The notes below the pieces were generated by a model that was given only the letters and a program-made list of their open reading frames with translations, was not told the origin of the DNA and did no database searches. A stretch of DNA of 64,000 bases from Massalongia carnosa (Eukaryota): NCBI GenBank assembly GCA_965645245.1, contig OZ287076.1, positions 992,001 through 1,056,000 on the forward strand, written 5' to 3'. This document shows, one piece after another, positions 11,746-23,078 of this stretch; the first letter of the stretch is position 1, and the number at the start of each line of letters is the position of its first letter. Both the position numbers and the translations under genes were made by a program.

Positions 11746-13692
11746 AGCGTGCCACACCACCAGTAATCGTTTTCGCTTACTAGTGCCCAACGGCTCAAAG
11801 TCCAAAACGGTTCAAAGACCAAATTAACTATTTATTTCATCCTTCACCAAACGCTTGCCTATTCCACACCACCATGACTGATTCGTTCTGGGACTCTGAA
11901 AATCGTCTTGATGAGGCCATCAGCGCGTATAACAATGGTGATTATTCTAGTGCCAGCGCTGTTGCTCGAGAATTTCACGTCGATTCGAGGACACTTCGTC
12001 GAAGGCTTAATGGAGGGGCTTCCAAATCAACTCGTTCACCAAGCAACAAAGCACTTACGAATGCACAAGAAAGGGCTATTTGTGCTTACATTGAGCGATT
12101 GGATCATATGGAACAATCAGCTAAGCTCTCGATGGTTCGTGGAGCTGCTAATTATCTGCTCGGTCGAGCATTAGTTGGACAAACAGATCGTGATCATACC
12201 AACTCTCCACTTCCTATCGTAAGCGCCATGTGGACCAGACGATTTTTAAAACGTCATCCGGAGTACTTCAAACGTAAACAAAAACCTCTTGCTGTTGAGC
12301 GTAAACAATCGCACGATTCGGAGAGTATGATGAAGCATTTTCAGCAGTACAAGGCCCTTCGAGAGTTGAGAGGAATCGTGGACGAGGACATCTGGAACAT
12401 GGATGAAACGGGCTTTCGAATTGGCTGTGGAAGAGCTCATTGGGTGATTTCGACTCATTCCCATAAGCCTCTTTTGATGACGGATCCAGACAACAGAGAC
12501 TACATCACCTCGGTGGAGAGTATTAGTGGTGGAGGGAGGGATATTCCCCCCATGATCATACTTCCTGGCGTACAAATCAAGGAGAAATGGGCCCTGGAGA
12601 ATGATTTGGATGATGACATTCTTTTCGCCGTCAGTCCAACGGGTTATTCAAATGATGACCTCGCTATTGACTGGTTGAGACATTTTGATAAACATAGTGC
12701 AAAAGGGCAAATTGGTGCATTGAGGTTGTTGATTTTGGACGGATATGGATCTCATATGACGTATGAAATTTTCGAGTATGCACAGAGCAAGCACATCGAA
12801 TTATTCAGATTACCTGCTCATTCAACTCATCTGACCCAACCACTGGACGTTGGATGCTTTCGGCCGTTCAAACATTACCATGCTGAGGCCATTGATGAGG
12901 CTATTCGTGCCGGAGCAGGGGAGTTCAGCAAGATTGACTTTTTGTCGATTTTTCAGGATATGCGCTTCAAAACATTCACCAAATCGACGATTTTAGCTGC
13001 ATTCAGGAACACAGGACTAGTGCCTTATAATCCAAATGTGGTCATTTCGAAAATCGAGGCGCAAATTCGTCAAAGGCCAACTACCCCTCCACCCCCACCA
13101 TCGGCCCCATTATTGGCCAGAACACCTCGCACTTTCACTGAGGTCATCATCTTTGGCACTAAACTTCAAAGAAGCATGCAGACAAATGATGCTGTCGGCG
13201 GAGATTATAAAGTGCATGTCGATCGCTTTTTCAAAGGTGCTATGGCCAGCGCTCATGCTCAGCAGTTGGCCGAAAGGGACTTATTGACCTCAGCTAAAGC
13301 CTCAATTGCTAAGGCGGCGCGTAAAAAGCTTGCTGGAACTGTTGCTCAGTCAGGTGGGGTCATCACCGTTCGAGACGTACGTGCTAAAGTCACCAAACGA
13401 AATGAAGATGAGGTGGAAAAGGCACAGAAGGCCTTGGACCGAGCTAAAGCGGCCGCGTTGAAAAAACAACAGGTCATCGACAACGCCGAAAAGAAGCTCT
13501 GGAAAGGACTGTTTCGTGAGGCCAATACCTTCCTCCGAGCACGTAAAAAATGGGAGGTTGAAAGGACCAAATGGTGGAAGGCTTTTCGTAGTCAAATTGA
13601 ACATACATAGTTAATTTAGTCTTTGAACCGTTTTAGTCTTTGAGCCGTTGGGCACTAGTAAGCGAAAACGATTACTGGTGGTGTGGCACGAT
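11746..13692 (+). mobile_element. Fot1-like pogo DNA transposon with 85-bp TIRs
   Basis: TA at 11744-11745 and 13693-13694. TIRs 11746-11830 and 13608-13692 differ at 4 positions and each contains two 17-bp direct repeats (AACGGYTCAAAGWCYAA). Confidence 0.95.
11874..13610 (+). CDS. Intact Fot1-type DD35D transposase (578 aa)
   Basis: Uninterrupted ORF with psq/CENPB HTH region and WNMDETGF, LILDGYGSH, QPLDVGCF (35 residues between D2 and D3). Confidence 0.95.
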   Translation: MTDSFWDSENRLDEAISAYNNGDYSSASAVAREFHVDSRTLRRRLNGGASKSTRSPSNKALTNAQERAICAYIERLDHMEQSAKLSMVRGAANYLLGRALVGQTDRDHTNSPLPIVSAMWTRRFLKRHPEYFKRKQKPLAVERKQSHDSESMMKHFQQYKALRELRGIVDEDIWNMDETGFRIGCGRAHWVISTHSHKPLLMTDPDNRDYITSVESISGGGRDIPPMIILPGVQIKEKWALENDLDDDILFAVSPTGYSNDDLAIDWLRHFDKHSAKGQIGALRLLILDGYGSHMTYEIFEYAQSKHIELFRLPAHSTHLTQPLDVGCFRPFKHYHAEAIDEAIRAGAGEFSKIDFLSIFQDMRFKTFTKSTILAAFRNTGLVPYNPNVVISKIEAQIRQRPTTPPPPPSAPLLARTPRTFTEVIIFGTKLQRSMQTNDAVGGDYKVHVDRFFKGAMASAHAQQLAERDLLTSAKASIAKAARKKLAGTVAQSGGVITVRDVRAKVTKRNEDEVEKAQKALDRAKAAALKKQQVIDNAEKKLWKGLFREANTFLRARKKWEVERTKWWKAFRSQIEHT

Positions 13693-14191
13693 TAGTAAAT
13701 ATTTGATAAAGAGGGGGAGTGTGACTGCGTTTTGGAGGACGTGTTCTGCGCATGCGACCGATAAGGCTGAAATCGAACGTGGGCGCAAAAAGCTTAGTGC
13801 GGTAGGGCTGAAAAGTGAGAATTTGGGCGAATAATGAAGGCGGAGGTGAAATTTTGATGCTTAGTAAGCAAATGGCTATTTTTAAACCAGTAGTTAGATG
13901 GCAGCAGGTGATTTATTTTATATGGTAGCAGGCTATAAGTTCACCGTGAGACATCAGAGATATCACTGGGGATTTTGGTGGGGCTGGGTGCGGATATCCC
14001 TGATTTCCCCAGCTGATTTTTTGTCAGCTGTGTCAGTTTACGTTCTGACACCAGACTTTATATGATCTGCAGATATTTCTCACCAAACACAAGCAGAATT
14101 TTAAGCTATCTTACACGTGCAGGATAATGTTGAATCATCTCAATCAGGAAAGCGCTCAAAAAAACATACAAACCGGGAACCTTCCGGTGTA

Positions 14192-14869
14192 TCCGTGCCA
14201 CCCACATCGCTCGGTTCGCCTCGCTTAGTGCTAGCCAGCCAATACAACCTAAAATGCTACTCCTCTACATACATCGGGGGTCAGTACTGCCGCCCATCTT
14301 TTGATGCTATTCATACTTTTGGTCATCTTCAACTTTCGATGAGCTTTGGTTTGTCTAGCCACCTTGCCCAGTGCCAAAGAATATCGCTTTTCCTATGCGA
14401 TCATTCGATCCTTCTCCCTCCGAGCCTCCTGATTCAGTCTATCACGAATCATTGATCGAGCCTTTCGTGCAATAAGTATGCCCCCAATCTGAAGTACCTT
14501 ATTGCTCTCTCGTTTGCGTGCTTTTCGAACTTTTTCGGCCTTTGTTTGTTGATCCCATCGTTGTTCGAGAAGTTCTCCTTTTCGGACTTCCGAAACAGCC
14601 CCCTTTACAAACTTTGCTATCATTTGTGTAAGTTCATCCAAACAACGAGAATGCATCATAATGTCTGCAGCTACTGTAATCAACTATCTGACAGTTTTAG
14701 GGGTCTCTTGTATTGATTGAATCGACGAAGGTGGGGTAGTCTCGCGAAGGGGTGGTAAACTCTCTCTGACCTTTTGAAGAACCACCTCTGAATTATAGGA
14801 ATTAGGCCTGTTTTTCTCCATGCAGACGTAATTGTTGTCGATTTGATTGAAGACAGAGACATATAGCAA
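14192..14869 (-). mobile_element. 3' fragment of a decayed Fot1-like transposon (C-terminal transposase remnant plus one TIR)
   Basis: TITSAWRKTGLIP/YNSEVVL...TPKTVR...KFVKGA...VLQIGGIL parallels the C-terminus of the 578-aa transposase. It ends in TA|TCCGTGCCACCCAC...TCGCTTAGTG at 14190-14230, resembling the other Fot1 TIRs. Confidence 0.75.
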
Positions 14870-15590
14870 AGTTACATGCCTATTCTTAGGATTAGGTTGA
14901 ATGTCGCCGTAACCCTAAGGTAGGTTTAGGATAGGTAGTGGAGCGGGGCGGACCTCTAAACCCCGCGAAACCGATAGGGGGATTTTACGCTAGTTATGCG
15001 AGGAAGCGAGATATCAGTAATCTCATAGGTGATGGCTCAAACGATAGGTCAGAGGCATTGCCCCTGTTGCACCAAAAGATGCACGATCACGTGAATCTCC
15101 CTCATCTCCCGAAAACGCCGAAGAAAGTCGATTCAAACCTCATCATTTTCACTGGAGGGAAGTTTTCTGAGCAAAGCCCGTTCAACAAGTTTCTTAATTC
15201 ACCCTCATTTGCTGTTCTAATCACTAGTCGCTCGACGTAGCGGATCAACCCTCCTTTCCTTAGGTGTTGGCGCTATAGGTGAAGCTTTCACGAAACTCGA
15301 CCCCTGGAACGACCCGTCAATCCCCCACAGATATCCAACTTTGATACGTCTCGGTCTGTGTTTCGCGAACTCTTCCATGGCACAGCCTCTAATTGGTCTT
15401 AGACTTACCTTTCTCATCAACTACCGCCACAAGTCACCTGAAGGAATGCGGTCGCAACCCAGCTCTCAAGGCTATTGTTAGCTAGAGGTATCATCGCCAT
15501 CATTAAAGAGCACGGCGGTGCGCATATCTAAGCACTCAAACGAAACCACCGCTGATGACCTGCTTCTTCGATAACTTCACATAAACTACC

Positions 15591-18305
15591 ATGCTGCGAC
15601 CCGCAACCCCGCTCACCGTTCTTTTGTTTGTGGCTTTCATTCTTTTACTTTTTTCGGTCATTTCAACCCCCATTGTCAAGGGTATACCACTTGCTTCTTT
15701 CCAGGGGGTCGACTTGGGCGTATTCGGATATTGCAAAGGTAGAAAATGTAGCAAGATACAAGTTGGCTATTCCACAAGTATGTAGACCATTTCTTCGGCT
15801 TCTCTCAGGATTGTTGATAGGACAGGGATATAAGTGCTTCGAGGGTTTAGAATGTTGCGTGCTCCGTACTCCCATCCGCTTCGTGCAACAAGATAAAGCT
15901 TTAGATGCAGTGATGCTGATGCTCAGTTCTCATGCTGACACTACTTCAAACAGATACACAAACTCTTTTTGGTAGTGAACATGACAAGGAATTCTCTTTG
16001 CCTTCGAGCGCTCGATCGTCCCTGTCCTCGATCCTTATCGTTCATCCTATCGCTGCGCTGCTCACCTTGATATGCTTCATACTGGCGGCCTTGGCTCATC
16101 TACATGCGCCATCACACTCGCCTCGTTATCTTCTTGCGCTACTCATCTTGTTACTTCCAACGCTTCTCATCACACTGTTGGCTTTCTTGGTGGATATACT
16201 TCTCTTTGTTCCACATCTTGCTTGGGGAGGATGGATTGTCTTGGGATCAACGATCCTTATCACGGCTAGCGGTGTGGTTACGTGCGCCATGCGAAGGACA
16301 TTAGTCAGCAGAAAAGCCCGGAAGAAGAGGATAGCAGAAAATGCGGAAATGAATGGGGAAAACTATTACAGCCGCCAAAACACGATCAGGGCAGAGTCCC
16401 CGCCCCCGTTAGATACCGAAACTACACCCGTCATGGTCAACGGAGCACCAGGGGCGGATCATTTGCCTGCTTTTGCCACATTCGATGCTAAGAATGATCG
16501 AGTTGCTGATGACGAACGTATACCACTTAACACCAGGACACCATCAAACAGAACATTACCGAGTAATGGAATCAGGCTAGATACTTCAGAGGATGGATCT
16601 GACAGGTATGCGGCGCCGAGAAGAGGTGGTCCAGCTGGGATGCGGGGCGGACGTAGCAATCCATATAATGGACCCAGAGATGAATTCGGTAATCCTTTAC
16701 CATCTTCCAATGCTTTTGGCCCAGCTCCTCTACTAGCTATGAGGCGAGGTCCATCAGAATCGGGAATAATACATCGTTACTCCAACGAAACCATGAACCC
16801 GCAAGCTTCTCGCGGTCGAGGGAGAGGAGGTTACCCGCCTCGAGGCTATGGGAGGGGTGTACCATATGGAACTAGCAGAGGCCCTAGCTTTAGCGGAAAC
16901 GGAAGAGGAGTGTCAATGGCGCCCGTGGGAATAGGCCCTGGGCCTGCAATGAGGGTGGATGAAACGGGAAAAGTTAGACAGGATGGACCGCCGCCAGGAT
17001 ATGGAAATGGCTATCCGCCACAAGGGCGTGGGATGCCTGGACAATACAATCGGGAAATACCACCGGGACCTGGTGGGCCTGCTATCTACGGCCGGGACCA
17101 GTCAGCGCCTGGGTATGGTAGAAGATCTTCGCCTGGTCCACCATCAGCAACAGGAGCTTACGGGCGACAGCCCTCGCCAGGTCCACCCTCAGCTTCAGGG
17201 GCTTACAGGCGACAGCCATCTCCCGGTCCACCCTCGGCGCCCGTGGTATATGGGACGCAACATTTACCCGATCCGCCCTCAGTAGCTGGGGCTTATTCGT
17301 ATACAGGTCGACAGCCATCACCAGGACCTTTAGGAGCACCACAATATCGAGCTGAATCTCCGCCTCCGCCAATCCCTGAAATCCAGCAAAACGAGGGCCA
17401 TACGATCGGACAGGCTGTCGAGATGGATGCTTACACAGGGAGTCCTTCACATACACCACTTTCAAATCGGCCAATGCAACTGGGAGAGGGTGACCATGAG
17501 GCTCAAAGGGTGTTTATGCTTCAACAACAGCAGCACAGGGAGTCACCTATAAGTCTCACTAGCGTGTATAGCACTCAAGAGTTTGTTCCTCATGATAATT
17601 TCCCTTGAACCTCACTAAAATTACCTTAGTGCCTATGTGCCCCCTCGCGCGGCCTGGGCCGCTGGTACCGGCCGCAGCGCCACACCTCAAAACGCTACCC
17701 AACCCCTGTCTCCCATTCAGCCTTCTCCCATCGAACTTCCCACCGAGTCACCCTCACCCAGCCCGGCGCCTCAACCCTTCGTTCCAACCCACATCCGTAT
17801 CAATTCCGCGGATAACTACTACGAGGACGTTGACCCGCGCTTCGCTGACCCTGAACCCCTGCAGCCCCTTCCCGCCTCCTTGATGCCAGGCAGCACTCAA
17901 CCAAACAGCATTCCTCATCAACCCATCAACCGTAACGGCTCTCCGGCTCACCTTCAACCCTCCTCTTCCTACGAATCCATCCCAGAAGGCGCTCGCTCTC
18001 ACACCAGCGATGCAAGCCACTTTACATCGATTTCACAGCGCGGTATCAACCCAAATTGGAGACCTTCACCTGGCCCACAGGAGATGGGCACGGGTGTCGT
18101 CCCTGATCGAAGGCCAATGCAGCGACAGCAGCAGCAACAGCAAGATGTGCTCTTGCAGTCGAACCCAGATTTTGAGCTTCCGGGAGCCGCGAGGGGGGGA
18201 CGGATGCTAAGCTCCAGAGGGGATAGGGGAAGGGGTAGGGCGCCTGGGATGATTCCGGGCATGGGATCTGGAAGTGGAGGGAGGTATCCCGGAAGTGAGA
18301 TATAA
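15591..18305 (+). CDS. palI: PalI/Rim9 (SUR7-family) pH-signalling membrane protein with a long Pro/Gly-rich tail
   Basis: MLRPATPLTVLLFVAFILLLFSVISTPIVKGIPLA, GVFGYC, hydrophobic TM segments and CAMRRTLVSRKARKKRIAENAEM. Introns 15778-15953 and 17581-17629. Confidence 0.9.
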
Positions 18306-20729
18306 GGCCAATTATATAGCAGGAAATTTCGGGGGGGTTGGTCATTCAACTTCTGTGCATATGGGCGGCATTTTGCCGTAACGTGCTCTTTATTTTTCTT
18401 CGTTTACTACCTTTCAATCTATATTTCATTTCAACCTCCACTTTCCTGAATCTCCTTCCGTCCAACAACCATGTCGTTTTCCTCCACTACACCATACTTG
18501 TCTTTCATCACCACTTCTTCGCCCTCTGTCCCAACAATACCTGTAACTGCTAAGACAGTCCTCCATGGCATCAGCATCCCCTATCTCCTAGCGGATAAAG
18601 GGTTGCATGCCTAAAAGTTCCCTTCGTTCTATTCATCTTGTACACATTCTCTCTAACCCCTTATTCACTGCTGCGTGTAGCAGAGATTGATACACGCATG
18701 AAAAAACTTGGACAGGCGGACGGGAATGACAAACGATATACTTCCCCCGTTCTCCTAACTTCTTTTTCTTTTTCTTGACTTATCCCTTCTCTATCGAGCT
18801 TCTAGCTTTCTTCCTATCTTCTGGCTTTGTTTTCCTTTTTGAACGGTTCCACTTCCTAAGATCGATAGAAAGGAAAGGAACGCACTGTGCAATGGGATGC
18901 GATGCAAGAGGGTATACACACTGTTAGCTAGCTTTTTTTTTCTTCCCCGAAACCATCAACCTGCTGTTCTACTCGTAGTGTTGATGAGTTTGGGGGTCGT
19001 ATTGAAGCATTAGAAGGCTGGGTTTATTACATAGGCTGTAGCTACCTAGCCAACTTGTTCGTAAGATATGTATCAAATCAAAATCATAGATGGTTTTTTG
19101 GTCGTCGGGATTTTTCTATGGTGAGGAGTTGGCTTTAAGCATTACTATCGTCATTTGGTTGTTCTTTCTTTTTGGGTTTAGGTCGTGTTGGCACATGCTG
19201 AAATCCTCTTTCTCCACCATAGAGATCTTCCTTGAACTGTTGATTATCCCCGAGCTTCCTATTTCAGCAAGAGCTACCACCGTGCTAGCTGTCCTTCTAG
19301 CCTATCCGATCCACCAAAAAAGGCCCGATCGTCTAGAAAGTTTTCTTACAACGAGGTTCTGATACGGGTTTTCATTTCTTCCCCCATCCAAAAAAAAAAA
19401 TCAAGATGTTGGGGGGTTTGGGATATTCGACCAGGAAGGCAACTTGAAGGAAGTGCCTCCGCTTTGGGGAAGGTTCATTTAGGGGTTCAGCACAGCTTGG
19501 GATCAGACCGAGCAACAAAGCCCTAGGTTTCGAAGGAAGGAGGGTGGGCAAAATTAAACAGAAGGGGGAAACGTGTAAAGGGGGGGGGGCAAGGAAAAGC
19601 CAGGAGCAGCTGGGAGGGATTATCGATCTGTGAACGAACGAGAGGAACCTAGGTAGGAGAGTAATATTATGGAAAGCATCTTATTGGAGTTTTAGGGTTG
19701 CGAGTTTTAAAATCCCCGTTTGCTATACCATTAGTGTGCTAGTTGCGAATTGTATGCTGGTAGGTTTTCCTGTAGGTTCGTGTTGCTGTTCTGCTTTTGA
19801 TGGCGAGGGCTTCGGAAGATGATAGATGATGTGTGTACATACTTATTTATGCATGGTGGTTGCTATATCCATGGAAACCCTGGTTGGAGAGATAGATGAT
19901 TGAGCGTCGAAGGCTGAAAGGAGGGAGGGGGTGGAGATAAACATTGCTGGTTGTAGGAAATATGTATGGGTAGCAAATGATGCTGACGCTGTCTGTCATA
20001 GGTGTGCAGATATGAAGATATCTGACGTTCCCAAATCACCATTCTCCTTTAAGATCGGTCAAAAAGTGCGCCCATCTCCCACCCAACTGGACAGCAAAAG
20101 AATAAATCAGCGTTTGAACCTGATATGAGATCCTACAAAGAATAAGTATTGCGGAATTTGGTTATTCGGGGAACTCGGGATATTTTGTTGTTTGCTGGTG
20201 TTCCCGAAGTTGTGGCTACCAGAGGGGAACGGCTTGCTGTGAGATCGCCCAGCCGAAAGCCCTTGGGGTAAAAAGGCGAATCGTAGATGAAAAGTAGCGA
20301 CTCAAATGGAAAACGCGATAGGGAACTCATAACTAGCTCCAGCTGGGTCGGATCATTAGCCTGCTGTTCTTAGATTCGGTTTAAAACGAAGGCCTCCTCC
20401 TCGCGGATCATATCTTGCATGAAGTAGGTAGAATTTTTGGTTATCGTTAGCATGGTAGTGTTGGTAGTCTTCGCATGAATCCGCTCCCTCATCATATTGG
20501 GGGAAAAGCGGGTTAAAAGCGCTGAAGATACCTTTCGATTCTAAGGTAGATTATAAAGTAAATGGGTAGATTAACATATCAAAGCCAGTAGCAGAGGAAT
20601 ATACAACCCAGTGAACCTCGTTTTCAGACTTGGAAAGGCCGAAGAATAAGAACATTAGTCGCCTGGGACTCCCTCCAGACTCCGTAGATCCCGAGACGTA
20701 GTCAACAAACCCACCCAAAGAACAACACT

Positions 20730-21616
20730 CTAACAAGCACACCCTTCCTTGGCTCCAGCTTCGCCTCTGGGACCTGCCAAATTCACTCTCTCTGTCCCTT
20801 GCCCCAACACCGTTTGGCCTGACGATGCTCCAGGACCCCGCGCCCCCTTGGCTTGAGTTTCTGGGATGGCGTTTGCTATCGCTGTAAAAACCTCCTGCAC
20901 GTTAAGCCCTGTTTTGGCGCTTGTTTCAAAGAATAGCAGACCCTCCTCTTCCGCATAATCCCTACCCTCTTTCGTGCTTACCTTTCTCGCATCGCCTTCT
21001 CCCTCGGCCTCTTCTCCACTGCCGGTTGCCTCGTCCTCGCCGTCAGTGTTCGGGTTTCCTGCACTCTCCTCATTGGTCAAGTCTAGTTTGTTACCCACAA
21101 GCGCGATAACGATGCCAGGACTTGCTTGTCGTTGCAGCTCTGCAACCCAGTGGCGGGCTTTGATGAGACTGGTCGGTTTTGTAAGATCGTACACAACGAG
21201 TGCAGACTGCGCATTACGATAATACATGGGTGCAAGCGAAGCAAAGCGCTCTTGGCCGGCTGTGTCCCAAATCTCGAACTTGATGGTTCTGTGTGGAAGG
21301 TTGCATTTCTGAGTCAAGAAGGCGGCTGACTGGAGTTAGTGACGAGGGACGCATTCTCTCCACAATTTAAGCTGAGCGACGTACCACCGATAGTTGGTTC
21401 CTTGTTTTCTTGAAAGTCGTTGTTGACAAATCGCAGGACGAGGGACGACTGGCAAGGCGTTGCGAGTCAGCCGTTTGACATAGCCTGCGGCATGGCAGGC
21501 GATGTAGGAGAGGGTGGAGAGTGGAACCGACGCACCTTGCCTACAGCGGCTTCACCGAGAAGCACGAGTTTAACACTGCTACTCGGTTTCGGCGCTGTAG
21601 CTGTAGGGTCAGCCAT
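20730..21616 (-). CDS. VPS21: Rab5-family GTPase Vps21/Ypt51
   Basis: [36 protein letters not shown] and a C-terminal CAC prenylation motif. Introns 21449-21535 and 21326-21384. Confidence 0.93.
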
Positions 21617-23015
21617 AATCCTCCTAAGTGTCGGGGTCTGTATCAAGGTCGTGATGGCGCTGATTAATTGATTTAGAGGAGGGTTTGGCAATAAACCCGT
21701 CAGCGCTAGAAAGCTGTAGTCTGTTCCACACCTGTGTCGAGCGGTTTGGATGTATAATGTACTTCTTGCAAGGGTAGAAAGCCAAACAAATGAGTGAACA
21801 GAGTCTGGCTGCCTGGGGGTAGTTTTCGATGTGTTTGTTGTACAATCAAATATTTACTAAATCTAGACCATGGAGGATGACGATAACGGTGACATCGCTT
21901 TAGCGCATTTCAACAGACCCGGGTATGGTTACTCCTTCACCGAGGCTTTGCTCTCTCATTTTATTCTAGGAAAATCGTAAGCGACCACGTATGTCCGTCA
22001 GTAAAGTGGAATACACGACTTCACACCATTTGCCTTTTCATCTAGGCAAACATAAGTGCGGCCTAACGAGGACGCCCTATGTGATCAGAAGACTGGATAT
22101 GCCACGCTCAGTACGTACCCACAACGTATAATCTCAGCCCAGCCTGGAGGTGTAATATCTGCCCAACCATATCGACCAGTGACATCTCGTCACGGCAAGA
22201 CTTCTGGTGAGTAAATAGAGTGTATGATTCAATAGCTATTCTATTTCTGTCACATAACGCCAAGGGTGAATGAATCAGAAGGATAACGCTGTCAATACAT
22301 GGCGAAGACCCAAGCCGGCTCGTGTAGTTTTTGCTTTTACTTCCAATAAAGCCAAGGGAGCCCTAAGAATATCGAGGAACGCAAAATTAAACCATGCCTA
22401 AAATCCCCAAAAAAGAAAGAGAGAATGCGGAACAGGTAGCACTGCAGACGACCAAATCCCGAAAAGACCGCGAGGTCGAATAATCTATGTGTGGTATCTC
22501 CCAAGTCCTAATCCTAATCCAATCCGAAGTCTTCTAAATCAAACTCCAGCGAAAGACTTTTGGTTACCGATCCAAGGGAATTCGTGACGGAAATTGGGAA
22601 ACTGATAATGCCGAAGGTGGAAAAGTCGCTCAATGGTGCAAAACTGCTGGGTATCGCTGAACGATGCGTATTGGTACAGGTTCGGCAAAGCGCCAGGTAA
22701 TGGTACAATCTATAGGATACCGAGAAATCGAGAAAAGCGAGGAAGACATGAGCCAAATCGAAAAGGTGAGGATGACGGATGACGAGTGGTGCGGATGAAT
22801 TCAAAGTCTGTTCCCGTACATTAGCAGGTTTAGTCAAATGTAATTATAGCGCCGTCGTTAGCATACCACGCGAGGAGTCACTCCTCTCAAGTCCAGGACC
22901 AACCGAATACACTGGTCTGCTTCGCACCAAGCGGGAACACACGGCCGAGAGCAGAATTGACCCGTTTATTGACAGTAGTGTTGTATTCGACCATCTTGGA
23001 CATGCCCTCTACAGA

Positions 23016-23078
23016 TTATCGAGGTTTTGGAGGTTGCGGCTTTGGTACGCCAGTGGTGTCGTATGCGCCTCGGCCCAT
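23016..23078 (-). CDS. Putative 20-aa microprotein MGRGAYDTTGVPKPQPPKPR
   Basis: Strong start context (TCAAC-ATG-G). Canonical-looking introns upstream (23125-23238) and downstream (22808-22866). CT-rich tract and TATA-like element further upstream. No larger ATG-led ORF explains the splice signals. Confidence 0.5.
   Translation of the reverse strand: MGRGAYDTTGVPKPQPPKPR

Noticed and set aside
1461..14922. TACCTTAAGGG (1461) versus reverse-complement TACCTTAGGG (~14910-14920) as TIRs of the whole island
   Set aside because: Only about 10 bp match with an indel, and similarity does not extend inward, so it cannot be distinguished from chance.
14943..14995. GCGGGG...CCCCGC hairpin followed by CTAG as a Helitron 3' end
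   Set aside because: The stem is only 6 bp, the spacing to CTAG is too long, and there is no Rep/PIF1 helicase (the helicase remnant is SNF2-type).
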